From: the human T2T-CHM13v2.0 reference genome, Homo sapiens | Assembly: GCF_009914755.1 (NCBI RefSeq) | Contig: NC_060925.1 | Strand: one strand, 5' to 3' | Length of the DNA: 64,000 nucleotides | Part shown: positions 43,898 to 56,989 of the stretch, one piece after another | Position numbering within the stretch: position 1 is the stretch's first letter | Layout: the number at the start of each line of letters is the position of its first letter | Position numbers and translations under genes: made by a program | The notes under the pieces: model-generated | Seen by the model: only the letters and a program-made list of their open reading frames with translations | Told to the model about the DNA's origin: nothing | The model's database searches: none

Positions 43898-44691
43898 ATG
43901 CTAACCAAGCCTTTCCATTGCACCATTCCTGCTGTTTTGTCCTGCATTTTCAATGAAGCCTGCAGACATGCAGCTTTGTGCCTTTCAACATTCAGCATGG
44001 GACAGGACTTCCAGATGGCTCTGGCCTACCCAAGACTGATTTTGATCCATTTTAAGGGATCTCTATTTCAGTTCCAAGCCCTCAGGCTATCTTCCAGTTC
44101 CTCCCCTTCTGGCAACCCTACTGAGGCAACCCTACTGAGACCTCAGAACACACAATAAGCTACAGCAGGTCTTATGGCACTCCACTTTTCTGCCAGTCCT
44201 CAGCAGCACTGGTGGGCAAGATTCAGGGACATGGAGGCCTCTGTGTGTTTGGCACTGTGCCAGGGACTCAGGTAAGAACCTAAGAGGGTCCTTGCCTTGA
44301 AAGCCCAAGGATGAATCCTCATTTCTTTTTATCCTTGCTGCCTAAACAACTGGATCTGTGAAGGAATTGGTTCTCTAATGTATTTTCTTTCAGTGAGTTC
44401 CCAAAGCAGTTTATTGTTACCAGAAAGTAGCACAAGAAAACCAGCAAACAGCCAGCCCATTCTCTTCAGTGAGTTCCTGTGGCAGTTTTGGGGGACTCCG
44501 CTGCACACTGCTACTTGTGCTTCCTTGGGGCACAGCATCCTTGGTTCCTGGGCAGTAAGCATTGCTAGCCTCCACCCCATCCATTGTGATGACAAAAAAC
44601 ATACACCCATCTCCATACCCCTCAGTTTGAGAATCACTGAGTTAGTTTGACTAGGAATTGTTTTGTTTAGAAACATCTTACCCAATGACAG

Positions 44692-44925
44692 CAGAGTCAG
44701 CAAACTACTAACTGCAAGCAGAATTTGATCCAGAGCTGGTTTTATATGACTCTCAAGCTAAGACTGGTTTTTGTTGTTGCTGTTGTTGTTGCTTTTTTTT
44801 TTTTTAAAAAAAAAAAACATTTTTAAAGGGTTGGAAGAGTAGGAGGAGGAGAAGGAGAAGAAGAGTTTGCATGTGGTCTGCAAAGTCTAAAATATTCTCT
44901 GGTTCCTTATAGAAAAAGTTCCCAA
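44692..44925. mobile_element. hAT-Charlie MITE (MER33/MER3-like)
   Basis: gtcagcaaactac...gcaaagtctaaaatattctctggttccttatagaaaaagtt terminal motifs. Confidence 0.55.
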
Positions 44926-46520
44926 GTCAACAAACAATGACCAAGTGCCAAACTAACTACCACATACTGGTGACAGTGTGATGGATAAGACATCATTGTG
45001 GTCCTTAGGAAACCATAGTCATGTGTGGGAGAAAATAAATGCCCTGGAATAACACATGCAATGTGTGCAATGATTGGGTTATACAAATGTTGCCATGGAA
45101 GCACAAAAGAGGGGCACCTAATTCAGCCTTGGGGACTTAGGGCATGCACATCAGGGAGGTCTTCCAAGAGGAGGTGGCAGGTCAAATGAATCTGGAAAGA
45201 GAAGTAGGTATTAGGCAGGAGAAGGGTGCAGTGAAGCTGAGGGAGGATGGTGAGGTGAAAAAGACAGTGGAGGGAGATGGAGAGAGGTGCAGAGCTGTTA
45301 CTGGAACACACGATAGGGCATGTCAAGAATGGAGGCCAGGGAGGAAGCAGAGGCTGCTGAAAAAGACTTTGCACCTCACAACCAGATGCTTGGACTTCAC
45401 CCATTTTCAAATGCTGGCACCACCACTTAGTAGCTGTGTGGCCTAACACAAAGTATTTAACCTTTCTGTGCCTCGATTTCCTTATCTGTCACATGTGGCT
45501 AGGGGTCTTCCTCACAAAGATGCCGAGAACATTAAATGAATAATACGTACAATGCATACAGAACTGTGCCAGCCCATAACTGTACTCAGCAAATGCTGGT
45601 GGCTGTTGCTGTCAGTGCTCTTACTATGCTATAAGCAACAGGAAGGTATTAAAAAGCTGTGAGCACCTACTATGTGCCTGTCTCTCCATTGGCACCAGGA
45701 ATGTGATGGTCTTACTTGTCTTATGACATCTGTGTCAGACCTAGAGCTTGCAGGAATACAGACAAAAAGTGTTCTGACTATGGAGTTCCCTGGTGCCAGC
45801 TGCCACCATGTTCAGGAGGTAGTAATGGCCCATCTGCTCTTCTGCTGAAGCTGCTTAGGAGTCAGCCTTAGAGAAGACATTTGCATCTGAAAGCTCAAGA
45901 AGGCAGGAGCTCCAGCATAAGGGCATGAAGGACTCCTTAACTCAGGAGCCACATGCTTCTTTCTTTCTCCTAAAAGGAAAATATCAAACATGGCTTAACA
46001 GTGGAGAAAAGTATCACGTTGTCTTGTCACTAGTCTCATACTTCATCCTGGGCAGCATTTTTCTTTTTTTTTCCTCAATGACCCTATCAAGTCATCAACT
46101 CTCTGAAATGACTTAGGGCCCATGCAGTCCTTAAGTGGGTCTCTGCTTCTTCACATGAAGGAAAAAATATCTCTCCCTGAACATGAAGTCCAATCCCAGA
46201 GCAGAAGTCACCCTGGAAACAGAGTCCATAATGCAGTGAGGGCTTGTGTAGGACAGAAGAGGAATCACTTCCTGCTCTTTCCTGTGGGTTCTCCCTCTGG
46301 TTGCTTTGCCTCAGCTCCAGGGACTGCCTCAGACACAGACAGAGCCTGCAAAAGAGGCAGGAGAGTAAGCAGCGGTTTGGAACAGACAGGTCTGTGAAAC
46401 CCCCCTCCCCATTTCTCCTGTTGACAGTGCAGTGAGCAGAGACAGCTGCCCTCCTTCTGTGAAGCCCCCCCAAGGCTTCTGAGTTGGCGGTGGCCCCCAG
46501 GGTGGGGGCTGTGAGGAAAG

Positions 46521-46732
46521 TGAAAGCAGCATCACTCTCTGGCATGCTGAGAGCCTCTCCTCTAGGTTTCTGGGGATTTCACTCATAGGTTCCACATTAC
46601 CCTGCAAAGCTGGGAGAACTAGGGACTACGGTGGCCATTAAAACTTGTGAATGTTCGGGGTTTAATGGAGAATATTCTAAGCTGCTGGTGGGCTCTTAGG
46701 AGAGGAATGGCACATTCAAAGAGGCAGATCTG
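46521..46732 (+). repeat. 212-bp dispersed direct repeat, copy 1
   Basis: 210/212 identical to 48568-48779 by direct comparison. Confidence 0.96.
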
Positions 46733-48567
46733 TGTGGACTGAGGATGCAGCACTTCACTGAGTGTGGCAGCTCCCGTCACACCCTTGGCTCAGGTTCTGC
46801 CTTCTCCACTGCAAAGCAGCCTGGCGCAGATAGCTGGCAGCCTCAGCCACCCAGCCTGGGGCCCCTGTGAGTTGGGCACTGAATATGCAATCTCTAAGTG
46901 CTCTGGGCTTCTTTGAGGAGGAGGACATTATCTTTCATATTATTATATAATAATGAGAAAATGTTCCTGCCTGCTGTGGCTTTCTGGCCAAGTACACTGT
47001 GCTCTGTGAGGAAATATGGTTACAGGAATTATGCTCTTATTTATCGTCCCTCCAGAATATCAAAGTTGACAGCACAGAGACACAGGCCTGTGGTCATTTC
47101 CAGATCATTTTCCTGTTCCCCACTTCCCCTGTCCCAGCCATCATCACTTACTCTGCCTCCAGCCCCTGGGCCTCAGGCCCCTCACTTTTTCACCCACTTC
47201 CTCTGAGGACAATTTCCTCATTTAATTCTTACTTAGTCCTAGGAGTTAGGTATATTATTGTTTTCATTTTACAATTGAGGAACCTGAGGCCCAGTTAAGT
47301 AATTTGCCCAGGGTCACACAGCTAGTAAGTGGCAGGGTACAGATTTAAACCCAGGCAGTCTGGTTCCATAATTTGTGCTTCTAATCCTGGCTATTCAGCC
47401 TTCAGGTCTGGTGCTTTTTCTATGTGGTTCTAGGAACAGAACAAACTGTGGGCACCATGGGACTTGGCATCCAGAGGTGGGGACACTGTGGAGACAAGGA
47501 GCACTGTGGATCTGCCCAGCCACCCAGCTGTGTGAGATGAGCCCTTGTGGAAGCTCCAGGCCATGCAAAGGGGACAAAGAATCCTTTCCCCTTGGGACGT
47601 TTCCAGAGCTTCTTGGATAATCCCATGGTTTGGGTGTCTGAAATCCCTATGGGAAGCCCAGCACTTCCAGAGTGACTGCTGGGATTCTCAGAGCTTCCCA
47701 GAACCAGCTTTGATTTGTGCGGCTAAGCTATGGGTGACCAGCTGCAGAACACCCCTGGTTCCGGGCCAGCTCTCTGGGCATGGCCAGCAATGGTCCATGG
47801 GGACCTCTCCAGGAACACTCAGTCCAAACGTGCTGGAGTCTGTTACTGTGCATCTCTGGGCATGAGCCTGTGTGTGGGTGTAAACGGACAAATGAGCGTC
47901 TCCCCACGGCGAACCTCACTGTGTTGTCATGTTGTGTCTTCACTTTTGTCCACTAGCATGTGTGTGTGGGAGGGGACTCACGTCTAGATATGGGTATATA
48001 ATAATATGAGCATACGACATGTCAAAGCTCATGTGAAAGAGGGTAGGTTGGGGTATGTAGCTGTGTAGCCATGTGTGTGCATATGGATACACCCTCCTAG
48101 TGGTTCTCCACCCCGTTGTGGCTTACAGCTGCCTTAGAAATTTCCCCTTTTGCTGCCTCAGGATCCCTGGCATGTTCCAATGTAACCTGGGCCCTGCCTT
48201 GCAGAGACCGGCAGTTTGGTGCTCTGTTGGCCTGCCTTTGTTCCTGCAGGGTGCAGCTCCTGTCTGCTTTCCCTCGCCTCCCATTGGTTTCTGTTCACCT
48301 CTCTTGCACCACCCCAAGCCTTGCTGACGTGCCCCTGGCCACATTTGTAGGGAGCTAGCAACTATTCGGTTTGGAGGCAGTTTTTGAGCCAATGAAAGGT
48401 CAGTGCCCAGAAGTCCCTGGAGCTATGGCAGGCTTGGATCCACGAGTTTCTGCAACCCACATCACCATCTCCTTCTGACCCAAGCCTCTCCCTCCAGCCT
48501 AGGCAGGCACAGCTGGTGGTTGAGGGCCCTCCCTGTCTAGTCATTCTGCCTTAGATTGGTTCCCAGT

Positions 48568-48779
48568 TGAAAGCAGCAACACTCTCTGGCATGCTGAGAG
48601 CCTCTCCTCTAGGTTTCTGGGGATTTCACTCATAGGTTCCACATTACCCTGCAAAGCTGGGAGAACTAGGGACTACGGTGGCCATTAAAACTTGTGAATG
48701 TTTGGGGTTTAATGGAGAATATTCTAAGCTGCTGGTGGGCTCTTAGGAGAGGAATGGCACATTCAAAGAGGCAGATCTG
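48568..48779 (+). repeat. 212-bp dispersed direct repeat, copy 2
   Basis: Differs from copy 1 only at gcaTcac/gcaAcac and gttCgg/gttTgg. Confidence 0.96.
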
Positions 48780-49689
48780 GGAGATGTTTCTGCAGCCTGG
48801 CAGGGAGAAGCAGCTCTTGGCACCAGCTCTAAGAGGCCTGGTGCAATGCCACTCCCTCTGCAGCAGCACTCCTCCTGAGGCCTCGGGCTCCCCATCCTCA
48901 GCAACCCCTGCTCAGGTCTCCCCAGTGTGTGACTGGCCCTTAATGCTGCTCTTTGGCCAGAAGGGCTGAGGCAGAGTGCCTCCAGGTGGGGACTTTCTTA
49001 TGATGAGGAAAATGATCAGAAAGTTCTATGACCTTGGACAAATTACTTAAGCTTTCCGTGCCTCGGTTTTTCAAACTGCAAAATGGGAATAGTAACCGTA
49101 TGTACCTCACAGGGTTGTGGTGAGAACTGAGTTACTCTGTGTAAAGCACTTGGAACAATATCTGGCTTGTAAGCACTCAATAACTGTTTGCTACGATTAG
49201 ACTATCCCACTGGTCAAGCTAGCCTTTTACCTGGGTCTGCTGGATGGGGGAAGAAGGGAGGGACAATGCCCTTCCATCCCAGGAAAGGATTCCCACTGAC
49301 CTAGCATTACAGAGTACATGCAGGCTGCCTGGTGGACGCAGCCCTGAGCTGCCTTCCTGTCAAGGCAGGTGAGCACATCCTGCCTCTCCCTGCTTTAATA
49401 TCTCTGAAGTCTTTTCTTAAAGGTCAGCAGAGCAGAGAGACCCCTCTAGAATTGGTCTCTTGTGATAAGGCCAGAAGACCTAGACTCTAAAAATAAACCT
49501 TAATAAGATTTTAAGTAAACACTTTCTCTACAACAATTCAGATCACGATTCCTTTCCTCTCCTAGAGCAATGTGACCTATAGCGAAGCCCATTCCCGTCG
49601 AGTTGAAAATGTCAAAGGCTTCCAGAGTGCGACGTGAACTCAGATAAGACTCGTTCTGCCTCTGGCCTGCCTTGCAGCCTTCGTGTATG

Positions 49690-50745
49690 AGCCCCGGTCT
49701 CACCCCAGGGTGCACCGGGCGCTCCTGTCCACCCCACCCCCGCAGCCCACTGGGCCGGGTGAACCCCTGAGCCCCGCTGCAGTGTGTCCGCACTAGAGCC
49801 AAGCAGGAGAGGGAAAGGCGTCTGCAGTCCGGGTTTGCCCCAACGTGCTGCTCTCAGAGGTGGTGTCTGGGGACCACCGAGTTTATCTGCGGGTGGGGGC
49901 CAGCCTGGATAGCCCAGTGCGGCGCAGGGCGGTGCTCAGGGCTGTGGAATGCCCCGAAGGGCGTAGGCTCGGGGTCTCCCAGCCAGGACACACAAGGCAG
50001 GCTGGGGAGCCAGGGTCAGCCAGGGCACGCCGCTGAGATGTCTTTCCTGCTCCTTCTCCCCGGGAAGCAAGGGAAGCAAAAGGCCAGAGGGGTGCTGGGA
50101 TCGCTGTCCGCAGCACCAGCCTTCTCCTGGGACGTGTTCAGAAAGAGGGAGGCTACAGTGGGCGGGGAGAGAAGAAGGAAGAGAAGGTGGGCAGAAAGGG
50201 GGCAAGATGAAGCGGCAAGGAGGAGGGAAAGGAGAAGCTAAGGAGGGAGGATGGGGAGGCGGCGACAATGGCCGCGCTACCGGTCGCCCACTGTGCTGCG
50301 GTGGGTCGGGGCCCACTGCCCCTCGCTGGGGCACCTGGAGAGGGCGCGCAGGAGCAGCGGGCCGAGCCTTCTGCGGGGATGGGGTGGGAAGAGAAGAAAT
50401 GAAGACACAGAGGAGTAGAACAAAGAGGCGGGAGCACCCCGCCAGGGGACCGGGAAGGGTCGAGGAAAACTGCTGCCGCGCCCCACTGGGTTTTAACAAC
50501 GCCCGGGATGGGGGAAGGGCTCCCACTTGCGCCCCAAGCGCATGCGGAGAAGGTTCGGCAGCGCCTCCTGCCGGCCGCCCGGAGGGTCCGCGGTGGCGCC
50601 AGCCCCGATCGCAGCCGCGCAGGCCCGAGGGCCCCTACCCGCACGGTGAATTGTCTTCCACGCACTAGTATTTTCTCCTCGCTTTCAACTGAATGGCGGC
50701 ATTGGTTTCACTATTTCCTTCCTGGAGCTGTGGTTGAGGCCGACT
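49690..50745. promoter_or_regulatory. Orphan CpG island (about 1 kb), promoter-like
   Basis: High GC and CpG density outside recognisable repeats. NRF1-like GCGCATGCG at 50538-50546, YY1-like AATGGCGGC at 50692-50700, G-skewed segment 50140-50260. Confidence 0.8.
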
Positions 50746-51910
50746 GTCCCAGCTAGAATGAAATATTATTGTACTCTAGCCTCTGTCTCTGGTTTGGGAT
50801 TTGAAGATTTCAGAAAAGATGCATTCTCTCATAATTAATGCAGGTGGCTGTCACTGCGGCCACAGTTGGCCCCAGGCAAAAGAGCACAGACTGAGAAATT
50901 GAGGTGAGGGAAAGGAAGTAATAAACACAGCCTAGATAGACGGCAAATGAAACCTTGCTTAACCTACTGCTGAGTACAGGAGCCAGCGGGGCACTGCACC
51001 GTCCCCCCTCCACTACTCCACCAACCCTCTACCAAACGCTTTGTATATGTCTCCTCACTTAATCCCCAGAGTCACCCCGTATATTAGCTAGTATTAGCCC
51101 CGTTTTACGGATCAGAAGACTACAATTTCAAGAGGTTAAGTCACTTGCTCACAGTCACACTGCCAGCAATAAGAAAGGCTCACATTTGAACCTGGATCTG
51201 ACTTTGCAGTGTTTTCCTGTCTCCCAGGGAACGCTTCCTTACACACCGCCCCTCTTGATTCCTTCCCTTGGGGACCCAGCATTCCCAGTTTTCTCCTCAC
51301 CCTCGTTTCCCTACCTCATCCCTAGCCCAGCCTCAGGCACCCATCTGCCCTCTCTAGCTCCACGTCTGCATTGCAATATGTTCTATGAGGAGGATCTGGA
51401 ACTAGTTCATACCGAGGTTTCAGTGACTGATAGGCACTTAAAGGACCTCCCACCCCCCAAAGAGTTATCTTTAAAGTAGAATCTAAGCCTCCAGTTAGAC
51501 GAAGTTCTTAAGGACATTGATTCAAGCAAGAGCCAGGAAAGTGGAGCAGTGCTGTGGGTGCAGCAAACCCTACAGGTGCTCCCCAACCCCATAAGCAAGG
51601 TCCACTCCTTCTGTGAGCGTTAGCAGATGAGTCTGGAGGGGCGGTGTGATGGGCCCTTAGTTGAGAACCTACTGTGTGCCTGGTACATACTGCCACACAC
51701 TTCACAAATGTTACCCCCTTTATTCCCCGGAACTATCCATGAGCTGGTTGCAACTTTTCTCTGTTTCACAGAGGAGGGAACCAGGGCCTGCTTAGAGATT
51801 CAATAACTTGCCCAAGGAAATGCTGCTAGTAAGTACCTAAATTGATATTTAAACCCATTCTTTCAATCAGTTATTCAGTAAGCATATTTTCTAAATTTTT
51901 CTTCTCAAAA

Positions 51911-52208
51911 TTTTTTTTAGAGACGGCTTTTTCCTTTGCTTCCCAGCCTGGAATGCAGTGGCACAATGATAGCTCATGGTATCCTTGACTCCCTGCGCTC
52001 AAACGATCCTCCTGACTCAGCTTCCTGATTAGCTGAGGCTACGGGCATGTGCCACAAGGCCCACCTAATTTTTTTTTCTAGCATTGGGGTCTTGCTATGC
52101 TGCCCAGGCTGGTCTGGAACTCCCAGTCTCAAGCACTCCTCCAAGCACTCCTCCAACCTCGGCATCCCAAAGTGCTGGGATTACAGGTGTGAGCCACCGT
52201 GCCCGACC
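51911..52208 (-). mobile_element. AluJ with internal 12-bp tandem duplication (CAAGCACTCCTC x2)
   Basis: Reverse-complement Alu; degenerate aagca(t/c)atttt TSD. Confidence 0.87.
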
Positions 52209-53419
52209 AAGCACATTTTTCAATCTTTAAGTACTATTTGGCTGTCTGAAGCCATGGAAATGAGATATAATTCTTCTCTCCCTCACTGCTTTTGCTCCCA
52301 AGGGACCAAATGGACATATCAACAAATCACTATAGTGAGGTGTTTCAGGCTAGATGTTGTTTGGAGTACCGTGGGTGGGCCATAAACACTAAATACACAG
52401 TTCTTCCTAAGGGCAGGAGGTAAGAGAACTATGGAACCAGGCCTGTCCCATCCCCTCCAGAAGTACTGTGGTGTGGGGGAGGGGGCCACAGTGGCTTCAG
52501 ATGGGACCTCTTAAGAAGTCCCTTGACTCCCCTCCTGTGGGTCTTCTGGCTTCACTGTGGCATCCGGAGATTATTAGATCATTATAAAGTGCTTGCATTT
52601 CTTGGTATATTTGGGCAGCTTAATGTATAGGAATCATAATTTTTCTTTGCTTTTCCAGTTCAACAGAGGATGGTTTTAAAATATACTTGACTTGAAGAAT
52701 AAGGATGAAAAATAAAATGTGGGAGCCTGAGGTAAAAATGGAAAATAGATGAAACTCAAAGTATTTTCAAGGTGTCTTTTTCTCTGTGTTTCTATTTTGC
52801 AGGTTTTAAAAGCAGAATTAAAGTGTAAAGTAGAGGGAAATTTCTCTGATGCAGCATTTACATAAGAAACACATTCAGAAAAAGAGGCTGTGATTCTGAA
52901 CGCGTCCTTATTATACTGCACTAAAAATCTCCCTTGGGATGAGGGAGGTTTAAATTAGTTGGAGAGAGAAGGAAATAAAATCCTCTTTTTCAAAATGCAA
53001 ATCTCTCCCAAACTAAAAATTCTACCTTAGGAAATGGCCACACAGGGTTCATGAGCAGACAAAGCCCTCATTGTATAAGGACCCCACCTTCTCAAGCCTT
53101 CAGCACAATTCACCGGCTTTTCCTACATCTCCTCCACAAGTCCCAACATAGAACTTGGTGCCACATCACAGACCTCAGTAAAATTCACAAGGAGGTTCTT
53201 GTTTTTAGTTGTTGTACATTTTGCTGTGGAAATGTATCCACAGGCCATTTTAGTTGACTTGAGAAATCAAAGTTAATGGGAATAGCACAGAATGTCATGC
53301 ACCTCCACAAGCCCATATTATGTATGTGTGTATTTGCGTATATTTTCTCCAACATCTGTCAATATTTGCATGCTAAACTGCATAGAATTTCACAGACAAG
53401 TATAATGCCATTAACATCA

Positions 53420-54195
<776 letters not shown>

Positions 54196-55009
54196 CCCAG
54201 TATCAATAAATTTTATGTTTAGACTTATTTTTCCATGGATATGAATAGGCTGGAGAGAATAGAAGAATCTGAGATCTGGAAGAGGCCTTGAAGATCATCC
54301 AGTTCACATTTACAGAGAAGGTAATTGGAGGCTTAGAGAGATCTAATAACCTGGGTCACAAAGCCACCAATTGCAAAGACAGATCTCAAACTCAAGTTTT
54401 CTGACCCCAGAGTCAATAAATACTTACTTACTAAGTGCCTACTAGGTTCACAGCCCAGCACTTACACCAAAACAAGAAAGGCAAAGTTAAGTATAATGTG
54501 GTTCTTGGTGTCCAAGAGTTTATAATCAAATAGAAGGGAAGAGTCAAGAAAAAACCTAAATGTATCGCATATAACATGCCATGGAATTCTATGGACAGAT
54601 AAGTTTAATAGCTAGGGAGTTTAGCAAGAGATTTCTGGAAGACCTGGAGTTTGATATTGGCCTTTAAGGATGGGTGAAACTTTTGACTGATGACACTATA
54701 GCAGGGAGACATTTCAGCCACAGCACATCATGAGGATAGGCAGAGTGACTGGCTAGCCAGGGAAATGTGTGGTGGCAACCTGGGATATGTGTAGGGTGGC
54801 AGAGAGCAAGAAACCTGGGCCCCAATGTCAGGGAGAGGAGCCAGGACTTTGTTCTGTATTGTTTATCCTCTCAGACTTGCAGCCCCAGAGCCCCAGGGTG
54901 CACATTGTTCAGATACCTGTCCACATTCTACCACTAGCCTGTGGTGATTTACTGAGATGCTTTAGAGTTAAATCAACTTCATGAGTGGGATTGACTTTCT
55001 GCTCTAGCC

Positions 55010-55582
55010 CAGCTGTTCTCAAGGCTGACAACACATAAAAATCTCCATGGATGCCTTTAGATTCTCTGAGGTGGGACCCGTGTCCTGTTTTTGTTTGTTT
55101 CTAACTTCCAGGTGATTTTAATGTGATGGAATAGTTGGTCTCAAAACTCTAGTGCACCTCAGAATCATTCATAGAGCTTATCAAAATACAGATTACTGGG
55201 TCCCACTCCCACAGTTTCTGGTTTAGAAATTCTATGGAAGGTCCCAAGAATTCACATTTCCAACAAGTTCTCTGGTGATGCCTGTGCTGCTAGTCCTTGG
55301 ACCACACTTTGAGAAGCAATGCTCACACTACTGACCTAATCAGTTATGTATCTAAATCTACCTCTTTGGCAATTCCATCATTGCAAAGAGAAATGAGGTT
55401 GCAGACTGTATAGTACTAACCCCTGCTACTCAAAGTGAGGTCCCTGGACCAGCATCATTGGCATCAACTTGTTAGACACATAGAATCCCAGGCTGCCCCT
55501 TAGACCTACTTCATGAGCATCTGCTTTTAAGAAAGATTGCCCAGGCAATTTGAGGGCATAGTTCAGTGTGAGAAGCACTGCT
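55010..55582. mobile_element. Cluster of three MER5-family MITEs
   Basis: Repeated ttctcaa/ctcaaagtg...gagaagca termini and caggtgatt/caacaagttc internal motifs. Confidence 0.65.
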
Positions 55583-56549
55583 CTTGAGTGTGTTTAGTTC
55601 TCTCTGGACACATCCTGAGTCTTGATAGTATCCCCACATTCTCCAGATGAGCAGAGGTCCCCAGGCACAGCAGCAGCTCTAATGATTTAGCTGAGACAGG
55701 GCGCTCACTGAGAGGTCTGTAACACATACACTCCTTCACACTGCCCTGTTCATAACTAAATGCCCCCAATTTGTTCTTAGTGTCTTGATTAAGGGAATTT
55801 TTCCTCCTCTTTTCAATATGGAGAATTAATGACTCACTCAGTTAAGCTTTATCTACTGACTTGGAATTTGCCTGCTTTTCATATGGCTTGTTCCAAGCTA
55901 GCTACACCTTGCATCAGTTATATCATTGATGGTTCACCATAGTAAGATCATAAAAGTCTTTCTAACCCTTTCCAAAGCGCAAGACCCTTGCCTTAGCTTC
56001 TTAGCCAATTAGTTAAATTTAATCCCTTTGGTGGATGGGGTGCAGGAGAGGTCAGGCTGCTGCTACTATCTCATTTCCAGTTGGCTCCCCCATCTCCTTT
56101 TGCCAATCTCATGATCTATTGGATTGTCCCAAAACCTGAAGTGCAATCTTTCACAGAAGAGAAAAAAATCACCTGAAGAGGTCACTTCAGTTCTCTTAGC
56201 AGCACAGGCATATATTAGGTACCATGCAGGCAAGGTTCCAAGCAAGACAATTCCTCATGGAAATTCTTGCCATTTTCACAGGATGCTGTATTTTTCTATT
56301 TTTAACAAAAGAACACCATTGTCTGGGGATGGGAAAAGGTTTGACTTACATGAAAAAAGAAAGTTGCATCAATGCCAATAAGAGTGAAGTCTCCTGATAT
56401 AATAATCAATTTTCTTGTCAAGGTACAGGTGGTTATACTGTGACTAGAAACAACCATCAAAATTATCCTACTCTGGCTGACCAAGTCGTTGTTTAATTGA
56501 GGGTGCTATCTTGTGGCAGGAAGCAGAGAGTGAACTATGCCAGTTAAGT

Positions 56550-56550
<1 letters not shown>

Positions 56551-56592
<42 letters not shown>
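56551..56592. repeat. (GT)21 microsatellite
   Basis: Read directly. Confidence 0.97.
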
Positions 56593-56595
<3 letters not shown>

Positions 56596-56989
56596 GTGGG
56601 TGAATACCTGTGTGACCAGCTTTGAGAAAAACAGTGTTCAAAAGTTAATAGTTGGGAACTTAATCAGGGAGGGATTATGTGTATTTCAAAAAGAATTTGC
56701 CACAGTTTTCTTTAAATACCAAGGACCCAGGACTTAGAGAATCTGAGAGGAGATGGAGATGCTTTGAGGGAAGCTTGCTAGCCAGGGGTCTCAGAAAGAC
56801 AGCACCTACAGGGAGATAACGTAGTCCAGAGTCTGTTTCTTGGCTTTGTAGATCCAGAAGCTCAGTCTGGAAATAACAGAGTTGATGGGGCTCTGTGGGG
56901 ACTGACTATCACTAATCCAACTTGTAAGGGCCCAAGGTGCAATAACCTAGTTGCCTATCTGTTGGTTTACTGTGGAAACTCTCTTTCCA

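Noticed and set aside
44111-44140. Short perfect tandem duplication (similar ones near 23240, 37621 and 60722)
   Set aside because: Ordinary slippage duplications of 10-15 bp with no motif or structural consequence that I can see.
49936-50756. ORFs of 153-196 aa across the CpG island
   Set aside because: Low-complexity Pro/Arg/Gly translations in all frames, as expected from GC content; no recognisable protein.
56302-56484. Minus-strand peptide KLIIISGDFT resembling the LINE endonuclease GDFN motif
   Set aside because: A single short motif with no flanking endonuclease motifs at the expected spacing; not supportable without an HMM search.
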